Below, piece by piece: positions 61,447-64,000 of a stretch of 64,000 nucleotides of DNA. The translations under genes were made by a program, and so were the position numbers. The notes below the pieces were generated by a model that saw only the letters and a list, made by a program, of their open reading frames with translations, was not told the DNA's origin and ran no database searches. How positions within the stretch are numbered: position 1 is the first letter of the stretch; every line of letters begins with the position of its first letter. This DNA comes from Dimorphilus gyrociliatus (lineage: Eukaryota; Animalia; Annelida): NCBI GenBank assembly GCA_904063045.1, contig CAJFCJ010000006.1, positions 994,677-1,058,676 on the forward strand, in the 5' to 3' direction.

Positions 61447-63547
61447 ATGGAACGCGGAGATATTCCTGCCAAAAAGAAAAAAATGTCAGAGGAAGTAAGT
61501 TATTTGATCCTAATAAAATTAATACTTCTAAAGTTTTATGACAGATTATCACTCTGATTATAGCTTTCTAAAGTTACAACTATAAATGAATGTATTTTGT
61601 ATTTAATAGAATAATCAAGATAACCTCAATGAGGATCGTCTACTTTTGTGTGTTTTCAAAAATGAAGAAGGTGAAGAGCACCGAGGACTCCTAGTTTACT
61701 ATCACTTTACTTCAAAAGACTTGGATGATCTCTTACAACAAGCAACATCATCTGTAAGAAATACTAACTCTTAAAAATTTTATCCTTAAAACAATCAAAT
61801 TTTTTTTTAGGATGAAAGTTTGCAGTGCAAATATTTCATTAAAGATGTAGAAATTAATGGAACATTATCCGAAACCTTAAATCAACTAGAACTAGCAGGA
61901 ACGTCTAGCGAAGTAGAAATATATTATGTACCACAAGCAATATTCAAAGTTCGAGCAGTGACGCGTTGCACAAGTACCATTGAAGGTCACGCAGAGGCTA
62001 TTCTTTCAGTTCAGTTTAACCCTAATGGAAGGTGAATAATCCATTGAGATTGTAACACTTAAATTGAAATATCGAGTAACTAAAGTCTTTTAGATATTTA
62101 GCCAGTGGCTCAGGAGATACAACAGTTAGATTTTGGGACATCTATACAGAAAGTCCTCAATATACGTGTAAAGGACATAAGCATTGGGTTTTAGCAATCG
62201 CATGGTCTCCCGATGGAAAAACTCTAGCATCGGGTTGTAAAAATGGATTGGTAATATCTTAATTTAATTAATTTTCTCTTTATTTGTAACTAAGATTGTT
62301 GGTTATAGATTATGCTATGGAATCCTGCAAATGGGTCTCAAAAAGGTAGTCCGCTAAAAAGTCATTCCAAATGGATAACATCTTTAGCTTGGAAGCCAAT
62401 GCATTTGTGAGTCATAAACATCTTTAATTAGTGCTTCAATTAAAATTATTTTTGCTTATAAGAGATGGGAAATGTAGATTACTAGCCAGTGCTTCAAAAG
62501 ACGGTAGCATAAAAATATGGGATACCGTTCTGAGCAGATGTATGATGTCGCTAACAAGTCACACTCAAAGCGTAACCTGTGTCCGATGGGGAGGTACGAA
62601 TTTAATTTACTCTGGTTCGCAAGACCGAACTATAAAGGTTTGGAGAGCGTCAGATGGAGTACTTTGTAGGACACTTCAAGGTTAGTGCGAATAGACTAAT
62701 AAACTAAGATAGCTAATACGGTTGTGTAATATTTTACATGGTATATTTTCATGTCATTTCTCTTTATAGGACACGGACATTGGGTGAATTCGATGGGTTT
62801 GAGTTGCGATTATGTTTTAAGAACTTCTTGCTTTGATCCCGCGAAAGCTAACATTGTACACGAAACAATCGATCTAGGTATAGTAAATTTTTTTGTGGCG
62901 TGATTTTTTAACAAAGGAAATAATATTTTTTAGGTGAAGAAGCTCAACAGAAACTAGCTTTAGAAAGATATCAAAAGGTTGTCGGTAGTCAACCAGAGCG
63001 TTTAGTAACTGCTTCGGATGATTTAACAATGTTTCTCTGGACTCCGGAGAGTTCTTCGAAATCTGTCGCCAGACTGACTGGTCATATGCAGGTTGTTAAC
63101 CATGTTGCATTTTCTCCTAGTACTCTTTATATAGCCAGTGCTTCCTATGATAAATCTATAAAATTGTGGAACGGTAGGACAGGAGCTTTTATTACAACTT
63201 TTCTGGGGCATGTGCAAAGAGTTTATCAGGTTCTTAAACTTTCATTTCACTCAATTTACATTCTTTCATAAATTTAATTGTTAAAGGTGAGCTGGTCGGC
63301 CGATAGTAGATTATTATGTTCGTCAAGTGCCGACTCTACACTCAAGATATGGAATGTAGAAAGGAAGAAGTTGTTATTAGACCTTGGAGGTCATGCCGAC
63401 GAAGTTTACGCACTTGATTGGAGTCCGGATAGTCAAAGGGTGGCTAGTGGTGGTAAAGATAAAGTACTAAAATTGTAAGTAGTAAAATTGTGTATAAATC
63501 ATACTATTGATTATTTACTTTCTATGTTTTCCAGATGGCGCCAATAA
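61447..63547 (+). CDS. NLE1: Notchless homolog 1 (NLE domain + WD40 repeats), multi-exon
   Basis: YVPQAIFKVRAVTRCTSTIEGHAEA, LASGSGDTTVRFWD, LVTASDDLTMFLW, ARLTGHMQVVNHV, GHADEVYALDWSPD, ending WRQ*. Confidence 0.96.
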
Positions 63548-64000
63548 AATTCTCTTTTAGGCAATTATGCATTATTTTTGTATTATAAAATATTATTTTG
63601 TTAAAGAAAGTAAAACACTATTTTTGATTCGAAATAAAAATACGATAAAATATTACTTAGAAACTTCATGTTTGTAAAGACCGCTCTAATACTTTTTACT
63701 GAAATATCATTTCAATTAGTTATATTCTAATTGAAAACAATATATTATGTACATTAGATAACACATATGCAGAATATAGCATATATGCTATTAAAGCAAA
63801 TGCTATAAATATAAGTAATAAAATAAAGTATACAAATTGAATGAGAAGATCAAAAGAAGTTACCTAATGGATGATTTACATTACCACATATTTTATATAC
63901 AATTTACGTTGTTGCTATAAATTATAACTCAGTTTTTTTATGATTTACTCGGGTATTAATAATCGAAAGTGACAATTATTATTGAAAGTTTAGGGATTAC

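Noticed and set aside
1-64000. CRISPR arrays, tRNA, rRNA, hammerhead ribozymes
   Set aside because: I saw no repeat-spacer arrays, tRNA T-loop/cloverleaf, rRNA motifs or non-coding CUGANGA...GAAA cores. The scan was by eye only.

Overview
Eukaryotic (metazoan, most likely lophotrochozoan) DNA. It is very AT-rich and gene-dense, with mostly 55-100 bp introns and many (TA)n tracts. This fits a highly compacted invertebrate genome such as the annelid Dimorphilus gyrociliatus, but the species is an inference only. Left to right: (1) the 3' part of an intron-poor L1/neuroglian gene with a non-canonical tail; (2) an unexplained GC-rich structured block; (3) a 10.6-kb Rap1GAP gene that, spliced by hand, carries a LIM domain split over three exons, two GoLoco motifs and several candidate alternative first exons; (4) an alpha-1,3-fucosyltransferase; (5) a near-intact Tc1-type transposon with ~220-bp TIRs and DD35E spacing; (6) a tandem HSP70 cluster: an intact HSC70 with an intronic U14 snoRNA and heat-shock elements, a deleted remnant, a Tc1 fragment, and an EEVD-less copy with a decaying U14; (7) a receptor guanylyl cyclase with a degenerate catalytic site; (8) a housekeeping cluster: NOA1, an intronless vWA gene, EDC3, an orphan small ORF, HSCB, GPANK1, PDRG1, RCC2 and PLSCR; (9) a signal peptide-LamG-like-TSP1-Ig-EGF-TM protein; (10) GIGYF and NLE1. 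The most notable observations are the apparent sharing of one non-coding leader exon by GPANK1 and PDRG1, the LIM-GoLoco-GoLoco-RapGAP architecture, the pseudo-cyclase receptor, the Ig-EGF-TM protein and the block at 4.7-5.0 kb. All exon structures and family assignments were derived by eye from GT-AG sites, reading phase and remembered consensus sequences. No searches or folding programs were run.
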